Sequence record: NC_019500.1
Length of the DNA: 64,000 nt
Reading direction: 5' to 3' (one strand)
Origin: Escherichia phage Bp7
Of the stretch, positions 1 through 9,432 are shown one piece after another. The notes below the pieces were generated by a model. The model did no database searches, was not told the origin of the DNA, and saw only the letters and a program-made list of their open reading frames with translations. Each line of letters starts with the position of its first letter. Position 1 is the stretch's first letter. Both the position numbers and the translations under genes were made by a program.

Positions 1-855
1 ATGAAAAACCTTCGTTTTGATTCCCAGACTAAAGAGCGTTTGACTAGCCCTTATGGCGAAATCCGTAGTCATATTAAGTTAGATACTAAAAAGTTGGCCA
101 AAAGCATTCTGAATTCTGAAGCGGTATTGATGCCCATTATCGAAGCTGCTTTAGCACGTAAATTAGCAGCTGAAAAGGCAGCTGAAACTAAAGCCGCTAA
201 GAAAGCTTCTAAAGCCAAGGTCCATAAGCATATTAAAGCCAACTTATACGGCAAAGATGCTGATACAACCCTGTTCCTAACCGAAGGTGATTCCGCTATG
301 GGTCCTTTCATTGAAGTCCGTAATAAAGACCTTCAAGGTGGCTATCCATTACGTGGTAAGGTTATGAATACCTGGGGAATGACAGCAACAGATATCATGA
401 AGAACAAGGAACTATTTGATATCTGTGCAATCACTGGATTGATTATTGGTGAACCTGCAGAGAAAACTAACTATCGTAATATTGCTATTATGACTGATGC
501 TGATGTGGATGGTACTGGTTCGATTTATCCATCATTGCTAGCCTTCTTTAGCCAATGGCCTGAATTGTTCAAACAAGGCCGAGTACGTTTCTGTAAAACT
601 CCGGTAATTATTGCCCAGGTCGGTAAAGAACAGGAATGGTTCTATGATGTTCCTAGTTATACCAAAGCTAAGGACTCTCTACCAAAACATTCTATTCGGT
701 ATATCAAAGGACTAGGTTCTCTTGAGAAAGCTGAATACCGCCGAATGATTCAAGACCCTAAATTTGATGTTGTTCAATTACCTGAAGATTGGAAAGAACA
801 GTTCGAAATGCTCCTTGGTAATGACCCTCAACTCCGTAAGGCCTGGATGTCGTAA
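1..855 (+). CDS. 39: DNA topoisomerase II large subunit, C-terminal part (5' end outside window); gp39 and gp60 regions in one continuous frame
   Basis: Toprim motif IAIMTDADVDGTGSIYP and conserved tail HSIRYIKGLGSLEKAEYRRMIQ...LRKAWMS as in T4 gp60 C-terminus; rIIA follows as in T-even phages. Confidence 0.9.
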   Translation: MKNLRFDSQTKERLTSPYGEIRSHIKLDTKKLAKSILNSEAVLMPIIEAALARKLAAEKAAETKAAKKASKAKVHKHIKANLYGKDADTTLFLTEGDSAMGPFIEVRNKDLQGGYPLRGKVMNTWGMTATDIMKNKELFDICAITGLIIGEPAEKTNYRNIAIMTDADVDGTGSIYPSLLAFFSQWPELFKQGRVRFCKTPVIIAQVGKEQEWFYDVPSYTKAKDSLPKHSIRYIKGLGSLEKAEYRRMIQDPKFDVVQLPEDWKEQFEMLLGNDPQLRKAWMS

Positions 856-860
856 TAAAT

Positions 861-1061
861 ATGTATGGTACTAATTGGTGCCATACAAAAGGAGACTTTA
901 TGAGAAAGTACTGGGTTACGCTCGTCACAGGTGAATATGGTTATCTCTGGACAGATACACGTCCTCTTTTTGCAGAGTACGTTACTATCACAGTTGAAAC
1001 ATGGGACGGCGAAGTTTACCAAACCCGCGGACAAGTCTATAAGGTCGATTCAAGTAACTAA
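861..1061 (+). CDS. small hypothetical protein (rIIA.1 position); likely start at internal ATG 900
   Basis: ORF followed directly by a UUCG-loop terminator hairpin; no recognised motif. Confidence 0.35.
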   Translation: MYGTNWCHTKGDFMRKYWVTLVTGEYGYLWTDTRPLFAEYVTITVETWDGEVYQTRGQVYKVDSSN

Positions 1062-1064
1062 TAA

Positions 1065-1082
1065 GGGCCTTCGGGCCCTTTT
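1065..1082 (+). terminator. rho-independent terminator (GGGCC-UUCG-GGCCC stem then T-run)
   Basis: perfect GC stem with UUCG tetraloop followed by TTTT. Confidence 0.6.
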
Positions 1083-1086
1083 CGGG

Positions 1087-1116
1087 GTTTACAACTGATT
1101 AAAAGTATGATACGAT
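1087..1116 (+). promoter_or_regulatory. T4-type early promoter (-35 GTTTAC, -10 TACGAT)
   Basis: GTTTAC at 1087-1092 with TAnnAT hexamer about 18 nt downstream, upstream of ORF 1135. Confidence 0.45.
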
Positions 1117-1134
1117 TCTCTAAGAGGTGAGAAT

Positions 1135-1458
1135 ATGATTATGCAAGATAACAGTATAGTGAACACTGACAACCTGGCTCTATCCTTTATGGAAACAGCC
1201 ATTCGTAACTGTAACGACGAAGGAGTAGTGACTACAAGCGGTAAGGGACTTGAATACCTTAAGGCTGTAAAATCTATTGCCTTAAAGATTAAAGATAACC
1301 AGGCGCTCTCTCCTGTTGTCCAGGAAAAGGTTTTAGAGATAATGTATCGCCACAGAGAGCACAAAAGTACAATAGGTTCTATGAGAAGAATTCTGGCTGA
1401 ACTAGGTTCTACCAGAGAATATGTTCAACATGAGGTAGTTAAAAATGACAAACTTTAA
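1135..1458 (+). CDS. hypothetical early protein
   Basis: 107-aa ORF with SD (gaggtga) upstream; no recognised motif. Confidence 0.5.
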   Translation: MIMQDNSIVNTDNLALSFMETAIRNCNDEGVVTTSGKGLEYLKAVKSIALKIKDNQALSPVVQEKVLEIMYRHREHKSTIGSMRRILAELGSTREYVQHEVVKNDKL

Positions 1459-1648
1459 AGTGAATATTGATTTGTTCGATAAAGCCGTCCATAAAGAATT
1501 CCGGTTAATCCAGCGATTTTTTGATATCAATGCGGCTGAGGATTTTAAAGAACGCTTTAAAGAAATCAGATATAAAATACTCAACGACATCGCTACTAAG
1601 GACGAGCTCCTTGAAGTGGCAGACATTTTTAAACGTAACCTGAATTGA
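1445..1648 (+). CDS. hypothetical small protein
   Basis: 67-aa ORF overlapping preceding stop (translational coupling). Confidence 0.4.
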   Translation: MTNFKVNIDLFDKAVHKEFRLIQRFFDINAAEDFKERFKEIRYKILNDIATKDELLEVADIFKRNLN

Positions 1649-1655
1649 GAAAAAT

Positions 1656-3866
1656 ATGATTATTGAAACCGAAAAAGAACAAATCATTGGTAATGGTGCT
1701 AAGTCCACAGGCTTTACTATTCAGGCATCGCCTAAGGTCTTTAAAATTTTGTCATCAGACCTTTATAGTAATAAAGTACGTGCCGTAGTTCGTGAACTAA
1801 TTACCAACATGATTGATGCCCATATTCTAAATGGTAATAAAGAACGTTGGAAAGTACAGGTTCCTGGTAAACTGGACCCTCGCTTTGTATGCCGTGACTT
1901 CGGGCCGGGTATGAGTGATTTCCAAATTCGTGGTGATGAAAACGAAACAGGTTTGTATAACTCTTATTTCGCGTCGTCCAAAACCGCTTCTAACGATTTC
2001 ATCGGCGGCTTTGGCCTTGGTTCAAAATCTCCGTTCAGTTATACCGAAACGTTTAATATTACCTCATGGCACAATGGCGAAGTTCGCGGTTATGTAGCAT
2101 ATATGGATGGTGATGGCCCGCAGATTAAACCTACTTTCGTAGAACCTATGCAGCCAGGTGATAAAACAGGTATCGAAATCACGGTTCCTGTTGATGAAGA
2201 AGATTTCCGTAAGTTTGAAACTGAAGTTCGTTATATCATGCGGCCTTTCATTGGTCTTGGTGATGTAGACGGTGTTGAAGTTGATTATTTCCCTGAATTT
2301 GATGATTACTATCCTGTAACCACTACAAATTATGGCAGCTTCGAACGTTCAGGACTTTATGCAGTTTATGGTGGTATTGTTTATCCATTGGATTCCGCCT
2401 ATAATAAAGGCACGTGGATGCGTACTCGCCATGATGTAGTTTATATTAAATTCCCTATGGGTTCACTGGATATTGCTCCTTCTCGTGAAGTGTTGTCTCT
2501 TGATAAACGTACGATGGAAAATATTTCAACCCGTATCGAAGCACTGGATGCAGTGGTCTTTAAAAATGATACGAAGGAATGGGTTGAATCTGATAATCCA
2601 CGCCATGTTTATCGTGACCTTTCTAACCTTGGTTACAGTGCTCGTGACTATCTTACCAAAAAAGGTGGAACTAGCCTGTTTACTACAGAAAAATTGACAT
2701 ATGAGAAATTATACCAGCGTTATACCCTTCAAAACGACCTTATTAATTTAGGTGTGGTTTACGAAATCATTTCAGACCCACGTTTGAAACGAATTAAGTC
2801 AAGTGGTAATACTTCTTCGGTAGCAGGACTTAGTAATTTATTAGGCATTAATAAGAAAGAAATCCATGTTGTTTATGATGATGAAAAGGGTCGTGTGCCA
2901 CTAGTTCGAGGACTTTGGGCTCTAGCAATGGACAACAGTGCTTCGGCTAAGAAAATTGTTAAAGAGAACAATATTCCTAAATACGGAACTGACCTTATTT
3001 TTGTCGACCCAAATTCAATGTTGCAAATGCAACAACTTGAAAAGGTTAAAGAACTTTTTAAAGGTGACACAATTCATTTTTATAAAGTCTCTGAACTGAA
3101 TAAAATTGTTAAGCCATGGATTCCGGTTACTGTCCGTTCATCAGAACCGCGTCCTAAAACACCGAGTGCTTATCGTTGGTTCATTAAAGACGGGCGCTGG
3201 CAACAAGAGACCATGTATTTGACTGCTGCCGAAGCAGAAGAAATTACAGGTTATGTTCTGTTTGGCAGTCGTTCTGATATTATGGGAATGGATGAAGCTT
3301 ATGGTATCTTTGACATCAATACCACTACCATGTGTCGTATGGCTAATTTGATTGGTGCTACCGAATTCCATATCATTCGCCCTCAGATTGCCAAAAAGAT
3401 TAAAAAGTTAGGCCAATGCGAATGCTTGATGGAAGCTACATTAGAAGCTTATGCTGAAGCCTTAGACGCGGTAGATGTTGATGACTACCTTGGTAGCAAT
3501 ACTCGAGCTCGGTATTACCTTGAAATCATTGCTAAGTTCCCTCAGCTTAATTTCATGACCAAGTATTTCAGTGATAAGCCGGTAACTGAAGCATATACTC
3601 GTCTGAGTAATTTCTATGATATATTCCGTTATATGAATTTCCATGGTTATATCACTGATGATAAGCTTTCCGTTATCAAGAAAATTTGTAACAATACTTT
3701 TTTTAAGTTGACTGATAATGCTTCAAGCAACAATGATAAAATGACTGTACAGTTTGAATCTGATTACCATTTAGTTTCGGACTACATGTATCGTCGTGGA
3801 ACATCCATTACCGAGGCTTCTGTAGCTCAAATTGTTAAATTCATGAAAGCCGTGGAAGCGGCTTAA
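1656..3866 (+). CDS. rIIA: rIIA membrane-associated lysis-inhibition/exclusion protein with N-terminal GHKL-type ATPase fold
   Basis: 736 aa; N-terminal ATPase-like motifs (ELITNMIDAH, DFGPGM, GGFGLGSKS); size and position match T4 rIIA upstream of rIIB. Confidence 0.9.
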   Translation: MIIETEKEQIIGNGAKSTGFTIQASPKVFKILSSDLYSNKVRAVVRELITNMIDAHILNGNKERWKVQVPGKLDPRFVCRDFGPGMSDFQIRGDENETGLYNSYFASSKTASNDFIGGFGLGSKSPFSYTETFNITSWHNGEVRGYVAYMDGDGPQIKPTFVEPMQPGDKTGIEITVPVDEEDFRKFETEVRYIMRPFIGLGDVDGVEVDYFPEFDDYYPVTTTNYGSFERSGLYAVYGGIVYPLDSAYNKGTWMRTRHDVVYIKFPMGSLDIAPSREVLSLDKRTMENISTRIEALDAVVFKNDTKEWVESDNPRHVYRDLSNLGYSARDYLTKKGGTSLFTTEKLTYEKLYQRYTLQNDLINLGVVYEIISDPRLKRIKSSGNTSSVAGLSNLLGINKKEIHVVYDDEKGRVPLVRGLWALAMDNSASAKKIVKENNIPKYGTDLIFVDPNSMLQMQQLEKVKELFKGDTIHFYKVSELNKIVKPWIPVTVRSSEPRPKTPSAYRWFIKDGRWQQETMYLTAAEAEEITGYVLFGSRSDIMGMDEAYGIFDINTTTMCRMANLIGATEFHIIRPQIAKKIKKLGQCECLMEATLEAYAEALDAVDVDDYLGSNTRARYYLEIIAKFPQLNFMTKYFSDKPVTEAYTRLSNFYDIFRYMNFHGYITDDKLSVIKKICNNTFFKLTDNASSNNDKMTVQFESDYHLVSDYMYRRGTSITEASVAQIVKFMKAVEAA

Positions 3867-3880
3867 TCTAAGGAAATATT

Positions 3881-4849
3881 ATGTACAATATTAAGTGTTT
3901 GACCTCCGCTGAGCAAGTTGAAATCGTTAAGTTATATATTTCTGGTAATTATACTCAGAATGAGTTGGCTGACTGGTACAGTGTATCAGTTGATACAATC
4001 CGTAAAGTCCTGAAAAATGCTAAAGGAGCTGGACAGGCCCAGGTAGTTATTACCGGAAATATCAAAGTAACAGTTCCTAACGAGCCTCGTGAAGTTCCCG
4101 TTGAAGTTACTATTGGCGGCTCTCGCCCTGAAATTATCTGGAACGCGAGTTCTAAATTCGTATCCATCACTGAAGGTCGTACAGTATGGAACACCACTAA
4201 TAAGAACAAACATTTTGATGCCATCGTACAGGCTCTTAAAGAATCTCGTTTCGATGACGCGATTAAACTGATTTCCATTAAAGAAGCCGTTAAGGCCTTT
4301 GTTAAAGGCAACGTTCGTATTGAAGGTGGACGTCTGGTTTACCAAGGCATTGAATTGCGTTCAGGGTTGATTGACCGTATTATCACTTCAATGGAAAACG
4401 GTGAAGACTTCGAATTCTACCTGCCGTTCCTTGAGAACCTGTTAGAAAACCCAAGCGAAAAAGCTGTACAACGTTTGTTCGACTTCTTGGTGGCAAACGA
4501 CATCAAAATTACTGAAGATGGTCACTTTATTACGTGGAAGGTGGTTAACTCCGATTACACCGACTGCCGTACCGGTACGTTTGATAACTCACCAGGCAAA
4601 CCGGTTAAAATGCCTCGTTCTCGTGTAAATGACGATGATGAAGTAACCTGTTCAAGTGGTCTGCACGTTTGCTCTCGTAGTTATATCGGTCATTTTGGTA
4701 ACTCAAGCTGTAAAGTGGTTTCATGTAAAGTTAACCCACGTGATGTTGTTAGTATTCCGGTCGATTACGGTGATGCTAAAATGCGTGTATGTTATTATGA
4801 AGTTCTAGAAGACGTCACCGAACAGTTCGCAAACGAATACAAATACTAA
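3881..4849 (+). CDS. rIIB: rIIB protein
   Basis: 322 aa immediately downstream of rIIA; T-even rIIB size and synteny. Confidence 0.85.
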   Translation: MYNIKCLTSAEQVEIVKLYISGNYTQNELADWYSVSVDTIRKVLKNAKGAGQAQVVITGNIKVTVPNEPREVPVEVTIGGSRPEIIWNASSKFVSITEGRTVWNTTNKNKHFDAIVQALKESRFDDAIKLISIKEAVKAFVKGNVRIEGGRLVYQGIELRSGLIDRIITSMENGEDFEFYLPFLENLLENPSEKAVQRLFDFLVANDIKITEDGHFITWKVVNSDYTDCRTGTFDNSPGKPVKMPRSRVNDDDEVTCSSGLHVCSRSYIGHFGNSSCKVVSCKVNPRDVVSIPVDYGDAKMRVCYYEVLEDVTEQFANEYKY

Positions 4850-4886
4850 ATCAATAACGGAGGCTTCGGCCTCCTAATGAGGAATT

Positions 4887-5084
4887 ATGTTAGGTTACCA
4901 AGCACGTGTAGTTGAAGAATACGACCAGTTGGTTCTTAAAATTAACGCACTAGAAACCTTTATTGAAGGTGGTGTTTTTGAAACTCTTGATATCCGTCAA
5001 CAAGGGTTACTGATTGCACAACTGGATGCGATGGGCGCTTATGCTCATTGTTTAGAGGTTCGTATTTCTTATTTCGGTGAGTAA
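4887..5084 (+). CDS. hypothetical small protein
   Basis: 65-aa ORF after rIIB hairpin (ggaggcttcggcctcc). Confidence 0.35.
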   Translation: MLGYQARVVEEYDQLVLKINALETFIEGGVFETLDIRQQGLLIAQLDAMGAYAHCLEVRISYFGE

Positions 5085-5385
5085 AATGATTAATTACCTG
5101 AATGTCGGTGAACGTGATATCAAGATTTCTAATTTGCGTGGATTCCATAAAGCAGGTACTGTTTATTGTGCTAAGCTCGTTAAACACCCGGGTGATGTTC
5201 ATTACGCTTTTCTAGAATGCGATGAGGTGGTCGAAGGCGAATTTCCTTTAGCAGATTCTGATACTTTAGAACCCGACGACCGAATTTATTACGGTGAACT
5301 TCATATTCGAGGCATTTATGGTGAAGACGAACCCGGGACTACTCCGATTGGCAGCGATGCCGACATTTACCCTGAAGACATCTGA
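5077..5385 (+). CDS. hypothetical protein
   Basis: 102-aa ORF overlapping preceding stop. Confidence 0.4.
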   Translation: MSKMINYLNVGERDIKISNLRGFHKAGTVYCAKLVKHPGDVHYAFLECDEVVEGEFPLADSDTLEPDDRIYYGELHIRGIYGEDEPGTTPIGSDADIYPEDI

Positions 5386-5398
5386 TTTAACAGGTGAA

Positions 5399-5875
5399 AT
5401 GAAGGTTAAGATTAAGGATACCGTATTGTATTCCTTAAGCCAAGACCCGTCCCAAGATAAGAAAGAAGTATTGACTCGGTGTGTCATTGCAACGTATGCC
5501 GAGTACATGGTTGCTGATTGGTTGAAAGGATATGTTAACAGTGGTCTGGAAGACCATGACGACCCTTATACCTATGCATGGGATGTTTTAGCTCATCCTA
5601 TGTATTGTGGACTACGTGTAGAGGTCAAGACCCATCAGTCGGATTCTAAGTGGATTTCCTGCACTACAGGATACTCCGGTGACTTCCCTTATGGAACAGG
5701 GATTAACCTGGGGCCGCTCTTGAATCATAAAGTTGCAGATTGTATAATTATATTCGACACTTCGGTAAATGAGGCAGGCGATGTCCTGTTCACTCCTAAG
5801 TTCTCTGGTGACAGAGAAGCCATCACAAAGCTAGTCCGTAAGAGCAATTACAACGGCTGGTATCTCGCCTTATAA
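5399..5875 (+). CDS. hypothetical protein (158 aa); sits where denB lies in T4 but identity not verifiable
   Basis: ATG 5399 with SD aggtga; in-frame part of six-frame ORF 5294..5875. Confidence 0.45.
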   Translation: MKVKIKDTVLYSLSQDPSQDKKEVLTRCVIATYAEYMVADWLKGYVNSGLEDHDDPYTYAWDVLAHPMYCGLRVEVKTHQSDSKWISCTTGYSGDFPYGTGINLGPLLNHKVADCIIIFDTSVNEAGDVLFTPKFSGDREAITKLVRKSNYNGWYLAL

Positions 5876-5890
5876 TTTTTTAAAATAAGT

Positions 5891-5920
5891 GTTTACATAC
5901 GCCATGGATGGTGTTACTAT
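5891..5920 (+). promoter_or_regulatory. T4-type early promoter (-35 GTTTAC, -10 TACTAT) with conserved leader ...ctatcaactaatgaggag
   Basis: GTTTAC 5891-5896, TACTAT 5915-5920. Confidence 0.55.
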
Positions 5921-5948
5921 CTTCCTATCAACTAATGAGGAGAACAAA

Positions 5949-6215
5949 ATGGATATCAAATTATATTACGCTAAACACAAAGTTACAGGTATGGTTGTTG
6001 CCGCTATGTATGACGCGTCGGGTGAAGGTGATGATGTTACTACAGAGTTATCTCTTTCTGATTGTAAATTTCTCCGTCCCTTAATCGCATCAAAGGAAGA
6101 TTTAGAAAAGCTTATTGATGGAAAACTGGATAATGTTGACGGCATAGATATTCTTTATGACCTCCGCACGGCATTGTACAGGGGATTGATTGAGATAAAA
6201 GAGGTGGTGTTTTGA
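5949..6215 (+). CDS. hypothetical protein (88 aa)
   Basis: ATG 5949 preceded by SD gaggag in conserved leader. Confidence 0.45.
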   Translation: MDIKLYYAKHKVTGMVVAAMYDASGEGDDVTTELSLSDCKFLRPLIASKEDLEKLIDGKLDNVDGIDILYDLRTALYRGLIEIKEVVF

Positions 6216-6305
6216 GTAGCAAAACGTGGTGCCTTATTTGGATGGCCTGTATCCCAGTGATTTGCGTGTGTTTTAGTTTATTGTTGTGGAAATTGGCATA
6301 AATCA

Positions 6306-6358
6306 GTATACATCTCCATTAATCATGATATTATAGACCTATCAACTAATGGAGATGA
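6306..6358 (+). promoter_or_regulatory. PeSL-like early promoter inside an 11-bp perfect inverted repeat that includes the SD of the downstream ORF
   Basis: -35 GTATAC 6306-6311, -10 TATTAT 6329-6334; arms catctccatta (6311-6321) and taatggagatg (6348-6358). Confidence 0.5.
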
Positions 6359-6360
6359 TT

Positions 6361-6480
6361 ATGAAAAACTTACTTAAAGCAATTTGGAACATGTTTGTGT
6401 TGTTAATGGTATTGAGCATTTTCCCAATCGTTTTTATGATTGACCATGTACGTGTATTCTTTAACTTCTGAGGAAAATAT
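6361..6480 (+). CDS. small hydrophobic membrane peptide (39 aa)
   Basis: MKNLLKAIWNMFVLLMVLSIFPIVFMIDHVRVFFNF; SD ggag 3 nt upstream. Confidence 0.35.
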
Positions 6481-6481
6481 T

Positions 6482-6661
6482 ATGAAACTTTTTAAAGATG
6501 TGGTAGTCGGCGAGAGCTTTGTATTGCATAATGGCCAACAACTGATTCGCATTTCTCCTTTGCAAGTTGGGACCGAATTACAACCTGTTAATGCTACAGA
6601 CCTTTATGATTCAACTAAGCGGTTTTTGTGTAGGGCCAAGTGTACAGTGCCTTACTGTTGA
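6482..6661 (+). CDS. hypothetical small protein
   Basis: ATG 6482 in frame with six-frame ORF 6440..6661. Confidence 0.35.
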   Translation: MKLFKDVVVGESFVLHNGQQLIRISPLQVGTELQPVNATDLYDSTKRFLCRAKCTVPYC

Positions 6662-6704
6662 TGAACTGATGGAATTTCTGTTGACGCTGAATAAGGAAAA
6701 TATT

Positions 6705-7049
6705 ATGTCTAAATTATTTTTTGGTAATCGCAACATTATGTTCTTTAAACAGATTAGCATGTCAGAAACATTTGATTTAAGTTATTCGGGTGACACAAAA
6801 GCTGTTAACCTTAAAAATTTGGTGTCTGCAGAATTTGCATTCTATCAGGACCCTGAAACTGGTTTCTATAAATTTATTAAGTTCCGCATGACTATGGACC
6901 GCGATTATCGCGATGTTTATTATACAAGTTATGAGAGTGCTATCAATGCAATTCGCGAAGCTTATGGATTGGATTCGTTGTCTCTTGACCGCCTGTATAA
7001 TGCAAGCCTTTACACCAGCGGATTTATTTTAGAACAACTTCAAAAATAG
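6705..7049 (+). CDS. hypothetical protein (114 aa)
   Basis: ATG 6705 with SD aaggaaaa; in frame with ORF 6567..7049. Confidence 0.4.
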   Translation: MSKLFFGNRNIMFFKQISMSETFDLSYSGDTKAVNLKNLVSAEFAFYQDPETGFYKFIKFRMTMDRDYRDVYYTSYESAINAIREAYGLDSLSLDRLYNASLYTSGFILEQLQK

Positions 7050-7085
7050 TTTACAACCTCGAGAATCATGTTATAATGGTTCTCG
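7049..7085 (+). promoter_or_regulatory. T4-type early promoter (-35 GTTTAC, -10 TATAAT) with flanking 6-bp inverted repeat cgagaa/ttctcg
   Basis: GTTTAC 7049-7054, TATAAT 7072-7077, 17-bp spacer. Confidence 0.6.
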
Positions 7086-7126
7086 TTGACTGGATAACAA
7101 AACATTAATCTACTGAGGAAATTGAT

Positions 7127-7576
7127 ATGAATACTTATATGACTCGCCGTAACGTTCTGTCTGCTGGTGCTACTACTGTTGCTTATGTTAAGAACGGTGA
7201 ATACCAAAATGGTAAACCTTCTAAAGAAATCTCTGCTCAGCCAGGCTTCTACTTCTTTGTTAAAGGTGGAGCTGATTCTCGTGTCGTAGCGGCTCGTTTT
7301 TATGTCGGTAATCAACGTTCGGCCCAAGGGCTCGACGGTATCGTGGCTAACATTCGTAAGAAACGTTCTCAATCAGCTCGCACTATGGCAGTGAACGGTG
7401 TTGTGTATGAAGTTCTTTATGTACCGGCTTCTAAGATGAAACCCCTGACTACAGGTTTTGGTAAGGGTCAAATTGCAATGGCTTTCACACGTAATCATAG
7501 TTCCGACCTCCAGACACTGGAAGAAATGAACCGTATGTTGGCTGATAACTTTAAATTCATCCTTCAGGCTTACTAA
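7127..7576 (+). CDS. ndd: Ndd nucleoid-disruption protein
   Basis: 149 aa; conserved segments [30 protein letters not shown] and C-terminal [17 protein letters not shown] matching T4 Ndd. Confidence 0.85.
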
Positions 7577-7663
7577 TGAGTAATTTCCATAACGAACATG
7601 TGATGCAGTTCTATCGTAACAATCTTAAAACTAAAGGCGTCTTCGGACGCTAATGAGGAAAAT

Positions 7664-7825
7664 ATGATTATCGTAGTTTTTATTGAACTTATTACGGCTA
7701 TAGTCTGTTCGGTTTGCTTCTTTTTAGGTGTGTGGACCCCTGGTCCGATATTCTTAAGTTTTCTGCTTATTGGTTGGGTTCTTTCTACTTTTGTCGGTTT
7801 ACTTAAGACGATTAAAAATGATTAA
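7664..7825 (+). CDS. small hydrophobic membrane protein (53 aa; ac/stp neighbourhood)
   Basis: MIIVVFIELITAIVCSVCFFLGVWTPGPIFLSFLLIGWVLSTFVGLL...; SD gagga upstream. Confidence 0.4.
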   Translation: MIIVVFIELITAIVCSVCFFLGVWTPGPIFLSFLLIGWVLSTFVGLLKTIKND

Positions 7826-7958
7826 TAAAATCCTGGGCTACTCGTTAGCCCTTGCTGCTTTATTAGTAGCGCTGTATTACGGAGTAATGTTCGGACTTAT
7901 CCAAGTTGTGCTTTTTATTTCCGATGTTATTATGGCTATTCATTCACTAGTATGGTAA
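7818..7958 (+). CDS. small hydrophobic membrane protein (46 aa)
   Basis: MINKILGYSLALAALLVALYYGVMFGLIQVVLFISDV...; overlaps preceding stop. Confidence 0.4.
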   Translation: MINKILGYSLALAALLVALYYGVMFGLIQVVLFISDVIMAIHSLVW

Positions 7959-7962
7959 AATT

Positions 7963-9291
7963 ATGGAATTAACATCTCGTGGTTTAAAAAGTATTATCGA
8001 CAACGAAGCATTGGCTTATGCAATGTATACTGTCGAAAACCGAGCCATTCCGAATATGATTGATGGCTTTAAACCTGTACAACGGTTTGTAGTTGCTCGT
8101 TGTCTTGATATGGCTCGTGGTAATAAAGAAAAATTCCACAAACTAGCTTCTATTGCTGGCGGCGTAGCCGACCTTGGATATCACCACGGTGAAGGTTCTG
8201 CTCAGGAAGCAGGGGCTTTGATGGCTAACACATGGAACAACAACTATCCATTGTTAGACGGTCAAGGTAACTTTGGTTCCCGATTGGTTCAAAAAGCTGC
8301 AGCCTCTCGTTATATCTTTGCACGTATTGGAAGTAACTTTGCAAAAGTTTATAAGGACACAGAATATGCTCCGGTTCATGCGGATGTCGAACATAAGCCA
8401 CCGGCTTTTTATCTGCCTATTATTCCTACTGTTCTTCTTAATGGCGTTTCCGGTATTGCAACTGGCTATGCAACTAATATTCTTCCTCATAGTTTTGATT
8501 CTGTTAAGAAAGCTGTATTGCAAGTTCTTCAGGAAAAACGAGTAACCAAACCCAAAGTGGCTTATCCTGAATTCCGTGGTGAAGTTGTTGAGATTGAACC
8601 TGGTAGTTATGAGATTCGTGGAACGTATAAGTTCACATCCCGAACCCAAATGCATATCACGGAAATCCCATACAAATACGACCGTGAAACATATGTGGCT
8701 AAGGTATTAGACCCTCTGGAAGACAAAGGGTATATCACATATGATGATGACTGTGACGAGAACGGTTTTGGCTTCAAGGTTAAGATTCGTAAAGAATACG
8801 AATTGCCTACTGATGAAAACAAGAAGCATGAAAAAATCATGAAGGACTTCGGGTTAATCGAACGTCGTTCACAAAACCTGACTGTCATTAATGAAAAAGG
8901 TAAACTTAAGGTTTACGAAGATGCAGTTGAACTGATTCGTGATTTCGTTGAGGTCCGTAAGACCTTTGTACAGAAACGTATTGATGGTAAAATCATCGAA
9001 ACTGAAGAAGCTTTCAAACTGGCATTGGCTAAAGCCACATTTATCAAAGATGTTATTGATGGTGTAGTGGTTATCCAAGGTAAGACCCGTAAGGTTTTAA
9101 CCGAAGAATTGACCGGTAATAAAGTCTATGGCGAATATGCCGATAAACTAGTGGCCATGAACATTTTCCATATCACTTCTGACGAAGCCAAGAAACTGGC
9201 CCTCGAAGCCAAGGCTAAGAAAGAAGAGCATCAATATTGGAAAACCACTGATGTTGTAACTGAGTATGTTAAAGATTTGGAGGCTCTATGA
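7963..9291 (+). CDS. 52: DNA topoisomerase II medium subunit (GyrA-like)
   Basis: 442 aa, same length as T4 gp52; motifs AIPNMIDGFKPVQR and active-site region ASRYIFARI. Confidence 0.9.
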   Translation: MELTSRGLKSIIDNEALAYAMYTVENRAIPNMIDGFKPVQRFVVARCLDMARGNKEKFHKLASIAGGVADLGYHHGEGSAQEAGALMANTWNNNYPLLDGQGNFGSRLVQKAAASRYIFARIGSNFAKVYKDTEYAPVHADVEHKPPAFYLPIIPTVLLNGVSGIATGYATNILPHSFDSVKKAVLQVLQEKRVTKPKVAYPEFRGEVVEIEPGSYEIRGTYKFTSRTQMHITEIPYKYDRETYVAKVLDPLEDKGYITYDDDCDENGFGFKVKIRKEYELPTDENKKHEKIMKDFGLIERRSQNLTVINEKGKLKVYEDAVELIRDFVEVRKTFVQKRIDGKIIETEEAFKLALAKATFIKDVIDGVVVIQGKTRKVLTEELTGNKVYGEYADKLVAMNIFHITSDEAKKLALEAKAKKEEHQYWKTTDVVTEYVKDLEAL

Positions 9292-9392
9292 GCCTTGGAG
9301 TCGAGTTCTTGTTACTCTGTATCTTTGCTGTTATCCTAGGCCTGGCGACAGGCTTAGCTATAGGTTTAATAGCAGCCAACTTTAAAAAGTAA
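9288..9392 (+). CDS. small membrane peptide (34 aa) overlapping gene 52 stop
   Basis: MSLGVEFLLLCIFAVILGLATGLAIGLIAANFKK; ATGA overlap with gene 52. Confidence 0.3.
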   Translation: MSLGVEFLLLCIFAVILGLATGLAIGLIAANFKK

Positions 9393-9414
9393 GGAACCTT
9401 CGGGTTCCTTTTTT
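9393..9414 (+). terminator. rho-independent terminator (GGAACC-UUCG-GGUUCC then T6)
   Basis: perfect stem, UUCG loop, TTTTTT. Confidence 0.65.
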
Positions 9415-9432
9415 GGGTTTAGTGCAAAAAGA

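Noticed and set aside
6211-6300. Tiny hydrophobic ORF (about 19-29 aa) in the 6216-6305 intergenic region
   Set aside because: Only a TTG or weak ATG start without SD; too short to support without expression data.
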